Assembly (NCBI RefSeq): GCF_000195975.1
Contig: NC_005070.1
Coordinates: 1,380,001 to 1,412,000, forward strand
Direction: 5' to 3'
Length of the DNA: 32,000 nt
Source: Parasynechococcus marenigrum WH 8102
GTDB taxonomy: Bacteria > Cyanobacteriota > Cyanobacteriia > PCC-6307 > Cyanobiaceae
In this document: positions 8,951 to 17,385 of the stretch, one piece after another
How the letters are laid out: every line of letters starts with the position of its first letter
Position numbering within the stretch: the first letter of the stretch is position 1
The notes under the pieces: model-generated
What the model was told of the DNA's origin: nothing
Database searches by the model: none
What the model saw: only the letters and a program-made list of their open reading frames with translations
Position numbers and translations under genes: made by a program

Positions 8951-10002
8951 TGAAGGCTCCGCAACGGTTTCTGCCGGCCCAGGCCTATACCGATCCGGAG
9001 TTGTATCGCTGGGACTGCAGCGGTTACGCCCAGCGCTACTGGCATCCCCTGGTCGCTGGATCGGCCCTGCCGGCCGGCCACAGCCTGGCTCTAACCCTGC
9101 TGAATCAGCCCCTTCTGCTCACCCGAGCCGAGGACGGACCCCCCCGCGCCTTTCTCAACCGCTGCCCCCACCGCGGCGTGGCCTTCCAGCACGAACGCGA
9201 GGGAGCAACCGCCTGCCGTCGCCTGATCTGCCCGTACCACGGCTGGACCTACAGCCTGGAAGGGGAGCTGCTGGCCGCGGCGCGCGAGCAGGGCTTCGAT
9301 CCCCCCTTCCATCGCCAGGACTGGCCGCTCCCTTCCCTGCCTTGCCGCGAGGATGGCCCCTTGATCTGGGTCGCACTCACCCAGGCGGTGACGCCCCTGG
9401 ACCAGCAGCTCGACCTGGTGCATCAACGGGTGGCGGACCTCTGGACCCAGCCCCTCCATCAGGTGCGGATCCTGCAGCGCACCCTGCGCTGCAACTGGAA
9501 GATCGCCCACGACAACACCCTCGACGACTACCACGTCGCCGTGGCCCATCCAACGACTCTGCACCGCGAACAGGGGCCGGTGCGCGATTACGTCCACCAC
9601 ACCACGGCCCTGGTGAACCTGCTGGTGACGCCCCACGCCGATGGCGGTTGCTTTCACACCTTTGGCCTGCCGCCCTGGCTACATCTGATCACCTGGCCGG
9701 ACGGCCGTCTGGCGTTGTTGGAGTTTCTGCCCCTCAGCCTCGACAGCTGCTGCATGCAGTTGCGGCTGTTCGCTCCCAGCGCAGCCAGCGGCGAACCGCC
9801 GACGGATGCGGCCAACAAAGCCTGGTTGAAAGAGCTGCTGGCCTTTTTGGACGAGGACCAGCCCCTGGTCGAATCCGCTCAGCGCGGCTACCGCAGTGGA
9901 CTCGTGCCCGGTCCACCCCACGGGCTCGAGCAACGGATCATCCACTGGCAGGAGATCTACCGACAGGTGCTGCCCAAAGAGCTGGCCCAATCGCTCAGCT
10001 GA
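8950..10002 (+). CDS. Rieske [2Fe-2S] non-heme-iron oxygenase, alpha-subunit type
   Basis: Rieske motif CPHRG...CPYHGW and mononuclear Fe motif DDYHVAVAH (D-x2-H-x4-H). ATG 8950 overlaps the ATPase TGA by 1 nt; the track starts it at GTG 8947. Confidence 0.85.
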   Translation: MKAPQRFLPAQAYTDPELYRWDCSGYAQRYWHPLVAGSALPAGHSLALTLLNQPLLLTRAEDGPPRAFLNRCPHRGVAFQHEREGATACRRLICPYHGWTYSLEGELLAAAREQGFDPPFHRQDWPLPSLPCREDGPLIWVALTQAVTPLDQQLDLVHQRVADLWTQPLHQVRILQRTLRCNWKIAHDNTLDDYHVAVAHPTTLHREQGPVRDYVHHTTALVNLLVTPHADGGCFHTFGLPPWLHLITWPDGRLALLEFLPLSLDSCCMQLRLFAPSAASGEPPTDAANKAWLKELLAFLDEDQPLVESAQRGYRSGLVPGPPHGLEQRIIHWQEIYRQVLPKELAQSLS

Positions 10003-10039
10003 TCGCGCCCAGCCGGATCACCCGGTTCGAATCCGCCAT

Positions 10040-10780
10040 TCACACCGGAACCGGTGAGCGCAGCTCAGCATGCAGCGCATCCCAGAAACGCTTGCGATCC
10101 TCGATCACCTGGCGCTTCACCTGCTCCACCCGTTGCATCGCCTTGGCGTCGTCCCCCACTAGGGCCAGCACCATTGCCTCGGCCAACGGGCCATGGCTGT
10201 CGCCATCGAGGGCGATGTGGCGTTCGAGGTACCAGCACAACGTTGGACAGGGCAACGCCAGGGCCTGCAGTCGCTTCAGCAGCGCACGGAACAGATCCGG
10301 CACCAACAGCTCCCGGCCGTAGGCAAACGCCGCAGCCAGGGCATGGCTCTCACCATCCTGAATCAGCACCTGCGTGGTAGTGAGAAAACGGGCTGCAGCG
10401 GGCGGGATCCGCGGGTGTGGCACAGCGCTGCCGAGATCACCGGCCATCGCCTGCTGCAGCACCGCGTCGATGGCCGAGGTGTCGGCACCGATCTCCACCA
10501 TCGCCCGGCGGTAGATGCCGAAATGGGACAGATGCAACGGGCCACCGAGGGCCTCAGGCAGACAATCACACTCCTCCTCCGCCACCAGGCTGTTGATCAA
10601 CCCGGCGCTGCGCGGATGCTTGGGCGGCACCCAGGGAACACCGGATGGTGCCAGGTGCTGCTGCAGCGCCTTGAGCAACAACATGAAGTCCCACACCGCA
10701 AACACGTGGTGTTCAACGAACACCCGAAGATCTGCGATAGAAACAATCGCCTCCGGCAAGGGATGGCGCTGGAGATCCAT
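10040..10780 (-). CDS. DUF3050-family protein (heme-oxygenase-like fold)
   Basis: VEHHVFAVWDFMLLLKAL near the N-terminus is the pattern I associate with DUF3050. 246 aa, all-helical composition. Confidence 0.65.
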   Translation of the reverse strand: MDLQRHPLPEAIVSIADLRVFVEHHVFAVWDFMLLLKALQQHLAPSGVPWVPPKHPRSAGLINSLVAEEECDCLPEALGGPLHLSHFGIYRRAMVEIGADTSAIDAVLQQAMAGDLGSAVPHPRIPPAAARFLTTTQVLIQDGESHALAAAFAYGRELLVPDLFRALLKRLQALALPCPTLCWYLERHIALDGDSHGPLAEAMVLALVGDDAKAMQRVEQVKRQVIEDRKRFWDALHAELRSPVPV

Positions 10781-10782
10781 CG

Positions 10783-11250
10783 TCAGAGGCCCAGTTCCGT
10801 CAGACCCGGGAAATCATCGGGTCTTGGGCCATCACCCCAGGTGAACAGGAGATCGCCCTCCGCGATCGGCACGTCGTTGATGCTGGCCTCACGCCGGCGC
10901 ATCAACCCGTTCTCGGCAAATTCCCAGTTCTCGTTGCCATGGGCGCGAAACCACTGCCCCTCGGCGTCATGCCACTCATATTGGAAACGCACAGCGATGC
11001 GGTTACCGGAACACGCCCACACTTCTTTGATCAATTTGTAGTCCAGTTCCTTCGCCCACTTGCGTTGCAAAAAAGCGAGAATCTCAGCCCGGCCGTGGAT
11101 GAATTCACTGCGATTGCGCCAGACACTGTCCTCCGTATAGGCCAATGAAACCTTGTCTGGATCCTTGCTGTTCCACGCATTTTCGGCCATCCGTGCCTTC
11201 TGCTGCGCGGTTTCGAGGGTGAACGGTGGAAAGGGAGGTTTTCCGGTCAT
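10783..11250 (-). CDS. DUF1348-family protein (NTF2/SnoaL-like fold)
   Basis: [43 protein letters not shown] matches the DUF1348 N-terminal pattern. Ends 2 nt before the DUF3050 start. Confidence 0.7.
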   Translation of the reverse strand: MTGKPPFPPFTLETAQQKARMAENAWNSKDPDKVSLAYTEDSVWRNRSEFIHGRAEILAFLQRKWAKELDYKLIKEVWACSGNRIAVRFQYEWHDAEGQWFRAHGNENWEFAENGLMRRREASINDVPIAEGDLLFTWGDGPRPDDFPGLTELGL

Positions 11251-11295
11251 GGCATTAACAAATTGGGGGAAGGAAAGAGGGGATGCATCACAGGG

Positions 11296-11622
11296 TCAGG
11301 GCAACTGACTGATCACCCGCACGTTCTGATCGGGCTTGTAGCGGGCAATCCACTGGCGCAGCTGGGATTCCTCTTCGTCCGTGCGGGTGCAGGCAAATCC
11401 ATAGCGGGCACGAACCCGTTCGGAAGCAGCCCGCAGTGCCCTGACACCCAACGATTCCAGTTCCGACACCCGAAATGAATCGCCTGGTTTCAGATACTCA
11501 AGAATCACAGTTGATGGTGAATACAACGTGCTGGATTGGCCATCCGGCCATTCCAACTGAAAGCGAACCTCAGGCATCCATCCGTACACATTTGTTGGAT
11601 CCTGCAACAGGCCATTCGGCAT
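11296..11622 (-). CDS. MSMEG_0570-family nitrogen-starvation-response protein (Nit1C member, NitG-equivalent)
   Basis: 108-aa ORF from ATG 11622 (MPNGLLQDPTNVYGW...), 7 nt after the AIR-synthase-like stop. Assigned by position and size in the Nit1C order. Confidence 0.6.
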   Translation of the reverse strand: MPNGLLQDPTNVYGWMPEVRFQLEWPDGQSSTLYSPSTVILEYLKPGDSFRVSELESLGVRALRAASERVRARYGFACTRTDEEESQLRQWIARYKPDQNVRVISQLP

Positions 11623-11629
11623 CGCTGTC

Positions 11630-12607
11630 TCATCCGCCACAGCCGAATCCGGTGAGTCCGCTCGCCACCTCCCAGAGGCAATGCGACGCCCCGGAGATCT
11701 GCAGCAGCACCCGGCATTCACCGGTGCTGAAGCGACCGATCCGACAGCAGATCAGGTCCGGATCGCCCTGCAGCATCCTCACCAGGGTTGACGTCCGGGA
11801 CGGATCCACGGCCAGCAAGTAGCCGAAGCTCGGGAAACAGCTGAGCCAGGCCTGTTCCTCCACCCCATCAGGGCGGTCCACCGCATCCAGATCGATGCTG
11901 AGCTCCAGGCCACAGGCTTCGGCAAACATCACCGACGTTCCCGTCAGTCCACCCATGCTGATGTCCTTGGCAGCGCGCACCAGGCCCTCAGCCGCCAGTG
12001 CCGGCAGCAGGCTCAGATGGGAGCGCAGTCGAGCTGGGGTGGCATGGGTGGCCGCATCCCAGAAGGGGTAATGGCGGTAAAAGGCTCCGTTTTTGTTCAC
12101 GAGCATCCACAGTTCGTCGCCGGGTGCTGCCGCCCGGGCGGAGAGCACCGGCCCCTCTGCCACCCCAAGAACGGCAACCGACAACGCTGTGTAGGGACTC
12201 TGTTGATTGGAATGCCCCCCCACCATCGGCACCCCGAAGCTCTCACAGGCGAATCGCATCCCCTCCAGCAGAGGCTGCAACGCATCTGCACCACCACTCC
12301 AGACACTGTTAACCAACGCCAGCGGTCGACCGCCCATCGCCGCGATGTCGCTCAGATTCACCAGCACACCGCTCCAGCCGGCAAACCACGGGTCCTCCTC
12401 CACCAGCCCAGGTTGCATGCCCTCACAGGCCAGCAATAGCTGGCCGTTCTGGCGAGGAAGCAGAGCGGCATCATCCCCCAGCATCCCCGCTGCACCAAGC
12501 TGCGGGAACGGCTGGTGGCAAAACATCCCGGCCGCTGGCTGAATGTCGCGTTTGGCCAGCAGACCGCTGTGCAGCCGCAGCCCATCCATCAGCTCGGTAA
12601 AGCTCAT
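11630..12607 (-). CDS. sll0787-type AIR-synthase-like (PurM/HypE superfamily) protein
   Basis: GDDAALL motif and PurM-like two-domain length. Its ATG overlaps the GNAT stop (ATGA). Confidence 0.8.
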   Translation of the reverse strand: MSFTELMDGLRLHSGLLAKRDIQPAAGMFCHQPFPQLGAAGMLGDDAALLPRQNGQLLLACEGMQPGLVEEDPWFAGWSGVLVNLSDIAAMGGRPLALVNSVWSGGADALQPLLEGMRFACESFGVPMVGGHSNQQSPYTALSVAVLGVAEGPVLSARAAAPGDELWMLVNKNGAFYRHYPFWDAATHATPARLRSHLSLLPALAAEGLVRAAKDISMGGLTGTSVMFAEACGLELSIDLDAVDRPDGVEEQAWLSCFPSFGYLLAVDPSRTSTLVRMLQGDPDLICCRIGRFSTGECRVLLQISGASHCLWEVASGLTGFGCGG

Positions 12608-13275
12608 GCGGCAAGGGATGGCAGGAGCGAACATGACGGCCGCCGCTCCCGCGACGGCGCGTAGTAATTGAGATCGGCCTGCATCAGGTGATGCCGGATG
12701 CCACGGATCTCGAGTTCCTCAATCGAGGCCCAGTGCAGACGGCGAAAGAAACGCACGTTCTGAATCTGCACCATGGCCATGAAACGATCACAGCCCCAGC
12801 CGTTGGCGGTGGTGACCGCCTTCCAGATCAACCCCTTGCCGATCTGGTTGTGACGGCGAAAGTCGCTGTGCACCCCGAGCCGTCCGCCATACCAGAGCCG
12901 TGGTTCGGTCTCCACGATCCGCACCACACCCACCACCTGGGATTCCGGGCCCTGCTTATCTTCGTCGGGTTGACAGTCGTGATGCAGGGCCGCGATCGGA
13001 CAGGCGATGCGGTCGAGTTCATCCCGATCGGACTGTTCGAACACGTGCTGCTCTTCGCAGAAGATGCTGCGCCGCAACGACCAGTAACCCGCGATCAGGG
13101 GCGAATCGGGACGCAGCAGGTGAAAGCTGAACCGATCCGAACTGGCGGTGGGCGACAGGCGGAAATCATCGGCGTCGATGCCGATGCCAGCCCGCACCGA
13201 AGGGGTGAACAGGCTGGGGGCGGAGCTGATGCTGCGGCCGATGCCACGGCTGCTGGGATCGAGACAGAACACCAT
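12604..13275 (-). CDS. MSMEG_0567/Sll0786-type GNAT N-acetyltransferase
   Basis: GNAT motif A-like RRHNQIGKG. Start ATG 13275 lies 2 nt after the radical SAM stop. The longer track ORF (to 13512) would overlap the upstream gene. Confidence 0.75.
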   Translation of the reverse strand: MVFCLDPSSRGIGRSISSAPSLFTPSVRAGIGIDADDFRLSPTASSDRFSFHLLRPDSPLIAGYWSLRRSIFCEEQHVFEQSDRDELDRIACPIAALHHDCQPDEDKQGPESQVVGVVRIVETEPRLWYGGRLGVHSDFRRHNQIGKGLIWKAVTTANGWGCDRFMAMVQIQNVRFFRRLHWASIEELEIRGIRHHLMQADLNYYAPSRERRPSCSLLPSLAA

Positions 13276-13277
13276 GG

Positions 13278-14369
13278 TCAGGCCGCCTGCTCGAACAGCG
13301 ACAGCGCCGAACAGGCTCCACATTTGGCGCAACCGGCCGACATCGCCTCGGAGCGCAGATCTCCTTGGTGCAGCAGCTCGGCAACCCCCTTGTAGACGTC
13401 GACCATGAAGGCTGTGTCCGGTGCCGGATGGTGCTCCAAGGGTGTGCCGGAGATCGGCACAAACGGAACCACAAACGGGTAGACCCCCAGTTCGATCAGG
13501 CGGCGGCTGCAATCGAGCAGTGCCTCCCGGCTGTCGCCCAGGCCGGCCAGCAGATAGGTGGACACCTCTCCTCGCCCGAACACGGCGACAGCATCGGCGA
13601 AGGCCGCGTAGTAACGCTCGAGGCTGAGCTCCGATTTGCCCGGAAGGATGCGACGCCGCACCTCCAGCTCCACCACCTCGAGGTGCATGCCGAGGCTGTC
13701 GATTCCCGCAGCCTTCATCCGCTCGTACCAGATCGGATCATCGGGGGGTTCGCACTGCCCCTGGATCGGCAGATCGACCCGACGCTTCACCGCCGCGGCC
13801 GTCTCGGCCATCAGCCGGGCGCCGCGGTCATCGCTGTTGGGGGTGCCGGTGGTCATCACCAGCTGCTTCACACCATCCAGGCGCACCGCAGCTTCCGCAA
13901 CCTCGGCCACCTGCTCCGGGGTCTTGCGGATCACCGTGGCGCCGTCCTCAAGGGACTGCTCGATGGCGCAGAACTGGCAGGACTGGGAGCGATCTCGGAA
14001 GCGGATACAGGTCTGCAACAGCGTGGTGGCCAGCACATCTCGGCTGTGCAGCAAGGCGATGGAGCGGTAGGGGATCCCCTCCGCCGTGCTCAGGCCATAG
14101 AAGGCCGGTTCATCTGTGGTGGTCACCACAGGCAGGGCGTCCTGCTGAGGACCGGTCAGGGTCAAGCCGTCACCACGTGCCGCCAGGCTGTACGCCGATG
14201 AGCCGGAGACGTCGTTGTAAACGGGCACCATCACCGTGGTGCCATCCACATTCAGGGCCCTGTGGTCAGAGGGGCCAGCCCCGCCGCGCCGGCCCCGGTT
14301 TCCCTCCAGTGGTTCGGCCCGAACCCCCTTCACCTGCAGTTCGGTCACCAGGCGTCCGAGCTCAGACAT
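13278..14369 (-). CDS. MSMEG_0568-type radical SAM protein
   Basis: Cys cluster [14 protein letters not shown] and a TIM-barrel-like rSAM core (VMTTGTPNS). Its start overlaps the nitrilase stop by 8 nt (ATGTCTGA). Confidence 0.8.
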
Positions 14370-15378
14370 GGTTGATCTCCTCGATCACATGGGACATCCC
14401 GGCGGCCATTGACGTTTCGGCCATCGACGTTTCGGATGGAACCGGATCGCTCGCCATCTCCTGCATCGCTACGGCCGTGTTGCGATTGATCCGCAGCGAC
14501 AACAGTTCCGGACGGCTGTAATGGCCGACGCTGTCCATCATTCGCTTGCGCTTGGTGATCAAGGCCAGATCGAGTTCGGCGATGGCCAGGCCTTCACCGT
14601 CCGGCAAGGGACCCGCCAGGTAGCGGCCTTCAGGACTGATCACAGCGGTGTGACAGCCCCCTTGAAACGCCTTGTGCAACGAAGCATCTGGCGTGATCGC
14701 CGCATAGTCCTCCGGATCCAGCCATCCGGTGGAGCAGATCACGAAACAGCCAGCCTCCAGGGCGTGATGCCGCATGGTAACGGCGGTCTGCTCGCTGAAG
14801 ATCGGCCCGACCAGCGACCCGGGGAACTGGGCGCAGTGGATCTCCTCGCCCTGGACCATCAACGCGTAGCGCGCCAGCGGGTTGTAGTGCTCCCAGCAGG
14901 CCAACGCCCCGACCCGACCAAGCGGGGTGGACACCACCGACAGGCCGGAACCGTCCCCCTGCCCCCACACCATCCGCTCGTGATAAGTGGGAGTGATCTT
15001 GCGGCGCTTGAGAGCGATCTCGCCGCAACTGTTGAACAGCAACTGGGTGTTGTAGAGCGTGCCACCGTCCCGTTCGTTCACCCCCAGCAACACCTGCATG
15101 CCGTGCTGCCGTGCGGCCGCTGCCACCGCATCCGTGACCGGTCCGGGCACCACCACAGCCTGGTCATAGAGCGCCAGGTGGGAGCGCCCCATGCGAACCG
15201 GGGGCTCAACAAATGAGAAGTAGGGGTAATAGGGCAGGAACGTCTCCGGAAAGACGATCAGCTCAACGCCTTCGGCCGCCGCTTCGGCCATCGCGTCGAG
15301 CACCTTCTGAAGAGATCCATCCAGGCTGAACAGGACGGGACGGATCTGGGCAGCGGCAACTTTGACAGTGGTCACCAT
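14362..15378 (-). CDS. Nit6803/Nit1C-type nitrilase
   Basis: Catalytic triad contexts FPETF (Glu), [12 protein letters not shown] (Lys) and ACWEHYNP (Cys). Confidence 0.9.
14406..14435. repeat. Tandem 15-nt duplication inside the nitrilase 3' end
   Basis: ccattgacgtttcgg / ccatcgacgtttcgg with 1 mismatch. It encodes [10 protein letters not shown] in the C-terminal tail. Confidence 0.9.
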
Positions 15379-15398
15379 GAAATAGGTACGACGCCGAC

Positions 15399-15881
15399 TC
15401 AGAGCGTCCAGGTGTCGAGGATGAAGGCCCCTTCCTTGCGATGCATCAGCACGATGTCGAGCACATCAAGGGGATTCACCGGGGTGATGCCCGGCATGAG
15501 CGCCTTCTCGCTGTGTCCGTAAAGCGCCTGCAGAGCGAAGCGACAGGCGTACACCTTTCCCCCCTGATCCATGAACTTCTGCAGCCGTGCGTTGAAGTTC
15601 AGGTGACCATCAAAGGCGGCATCACCGAGCTTGGGGAATCCACGCATCACACCGAGGGTGACGCCAGGGCCATAGAGCAGAACAGAGGTTTCAAACCCTT
15701 TGGTGATCAGACGGCTGGCCTGCAGAAGATTGACCAGGCCAATAGAACCTTCGAAAGCAACGGTGTGAAACGTGACCAAGGCCTTTTCACCCGGCTCAGC
15801 CTTCACATCGGGAAAGACTTTTTCCTCGTAGTCAACAAGATAATCCCCCGGCTGGTTAGCGGGACGGTCGACGACAGGCAT
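15399..15881 (-). CDS. MSMEG_0572/Sll0783-family nitrogen-starvation-response protein (first gene of the Nit1C string)
   Basis: 160 aa from ATG 15881 ([18 protein letters not shown]...). The track's TTG-initiated 212-aa version would consume the divergent promoter region. Confidence 0.7.
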
Positions 15882-16067
15882 GTGAAGAAACCATAAGGAC
15901 TCAAAGACTGGCTCCGGTCGGCCCACAAAAAATGTACGAAATACGACCAAATTCGAGACTGAATCAAACTGGATGACAGCGGGAGCGCAATCAAATTCGG
16001 TGGCCTTGGCTACAACACAAGTGTTGATTTCAAACAAGGATTAGGGCATTAAGTCATGTGCTGATTG

Positions 16068-17378
16068 ATGCTGCACAGCGCGCATGATGTCGCCCGATTC
16101 AAGTCCGATCATGCGGTTGTGGTGATCGGAGCCGGTCAGGCCGGACTTTCGGTGGCCTATCAGTTGCAGCAAAGGGGCATCCGTCCTGTGGTGCTGGAAA
16201 AGCACCGCATCGGATACGCCTGGGATCAGCAACGCTGGGATTCTTTCTGCCTGGTCACCCCCAACTGGCAATGCCGCTTGCCGGACTTCCCCTACGACGG
16301 CAACCAGCCCGAGGGGTTCATGCCCAAGGCAGAGATCGTGGCGTACCTGCAACGCTTCGCGCGGCACGTGGGTGGAGATGTGCGCGAGGGGGTCGCCGTT
16401 CAACGGCTGACCCCGAAAGGCAGTGGTTATCGGCTGATCACCAGCGAAGGCGAGATGGAGGCTGAACATGTGGTGGTGGCCACCGGCGGGTATCACGCCC
16501 CCCGGCGCCATCCCCTGGCCGAACGGCTGCCGGCCTCCGTGCTCCAACTCGATGCCCGTGCTTACCGCAACCCGGCGGCGCTACCGGAAGGCCCCGTATT
16601 GGTGGTGGGCAGCGGCCAGTCCGGCAGCCAGATCGCGGAGGACCTGCACCTGTCCGGCCGCACCGTGCACCTCAGTGTGGGCAGCGCCCCTCGATCCCCA
16701 CGGGTGTACCGCGGCCGGGATGTGGTCGATTGGCTGGACCGGATGGGCTACTACGCCATGCCGATCAGCGACCATGCCGACCCCCGCAGCGTCCGCGCCA
16801 AAACCAACCACTACCTCACCGGTCGCGATGGTGGCCGTGAAATCGATCTGCGCCATCGCGCCACCGAGGGCATGCGTCTGCATGGCCGTCTCGCAACCAT
16901 CGCCACTGACCACATCGGCTTTGCCGATGATCTCGCCGGCAACCTCGATCAGGCCGATGCGGTTTATTGCCGCATCCGCAGCAGCATCGACAGCTGGATC
17001 CAGCAGCAGGGCATCGAGGCCCCCCTCGAGCCCCCCTATTCCCCCTGCTGGCAACCATCAGCGATGGCCGACCCCGGCATCGATCTCAGCCGGGATCCAC
17101 TCGCTGCGGTGATCTGGTGCACCGGGTACCGCAGCGACTTCAGCTGGATCGATGCTCCGGTGTTCGATGGTGCCGGCCTGCCGGCCCATGAGCGTGGGGT
17201 CACCCAGAGCGCGGGGCTCTACTTCCTTGGTCTGCCCTGGCTGCACACCTGGGGATCCGGTCGCTTCTGCGGCGTCAGCGACGATGCCGACTACCTCGCG
17301 AGGCTGATCAGTCTGCGGCTGCAACGCCGCGATGCCAGCCAGGAGCGGCTGGAGTGCACCGCGATCCTGGGCTCCTGA
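16068..17378 (+). CDS. MSMEG_0569-type flavin-dependent oxidoreductase (class B monooxygenase-like)
   Basis: Two dinucleotide-binding motifs, VIGAGQAGL and VVGSGQSGSQ. Divergent from the Nit1C string. Confidence 0.85.
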   Translation: MLHSAHDVARFKSDHAVVVIGAGQAGLSVAYQLQQRGIRPVVLEKHRIGYAWDQQRWDSFCLVTPNWQCRLPDFPYDGNQPEGFMPKAEIVAYLQRFARHVGGDVREGVAVQRLTPKGSGYRLITSEGEMEAEHVVVATGGYHAPRRHPLAERLPASVLQLDARAYRNPAALPEGPVLVVGSGQSGSQIAEDLHLSGRTVHLSVGSAPRSPRVYRGRDVVDWLDRMGYYAMPISDHADPRSVRAKTNHYLTGRDGGREIDLRHRATEGMRLHGRLATIATDHIGFADDLAGNLDQADAVYCRIRSSIDSWIQQQGIEAPLEPPYSPCWQPSAMADPGIDLSRDPLAAVIWCTGYRSDFSWIDAPVFDGAGLPAHERGVTQSAGLYFLGLPWLHTWGSGRFCGVSDDADYLARLISLRLQRRDASQERLECTAILGS

Positions 17379-17385
17379 ACTGCTC

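Noticed and set aside
10024-10034. GGTTCGAATCC, a tRNA T-loop-like string in the 37-nt gap between the two convergent clusters (a possible att or tRNA remnant)
   Set aside because: The flanks can form only 3 of the 5 T-stem base pairs. No acceptor or anticodon arms can be drawn, and the segment is too short. It is probably coincidental.
12604-13512. 302-aa version of the GNAT ORF
   Set aside because: Its first ~79 codons overlap the radical SAM gene in another frame. ATG 13275 lies 2 nt after that gene's stop and gives a normal GNAT length.
3981-15216. Long antisense ORFs opposite real genes (for example 3981-4748, 5586-6233, 6435-7388, 7547-8374, 9091-9657, 10193-11041, 13365-14201, 14521-15216)
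   Set aside because: These are typical stop-codon-poor shadow frames of high-GC3 genes. The translations are Gly/Ala/Arg/His-rich with no recognisable motifs, whereas the opposite strand carries clear family signatures.
15933-15948. TGTAcgaaatacGACC, an NtcA-like (GTA-N8-TAC) half-perfect site in the divergent Nit1C promoter region
   Set aside because: Only one half-site is canonical. No TAN3T -10 element sits at the required ~22-nt distance in either orientation, since the only TATGGT is 38 nt away. NtcA control is plausible biologically but is not supported by the sequence alone.
15882-16037. TTG-initiated 52-codon extension of the Sll0783-like ORF
   Set aside because: It would leave only about 30 nt for two divergent promoters. 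The ATG at 15881 gives a family-typical ~160-aa product.
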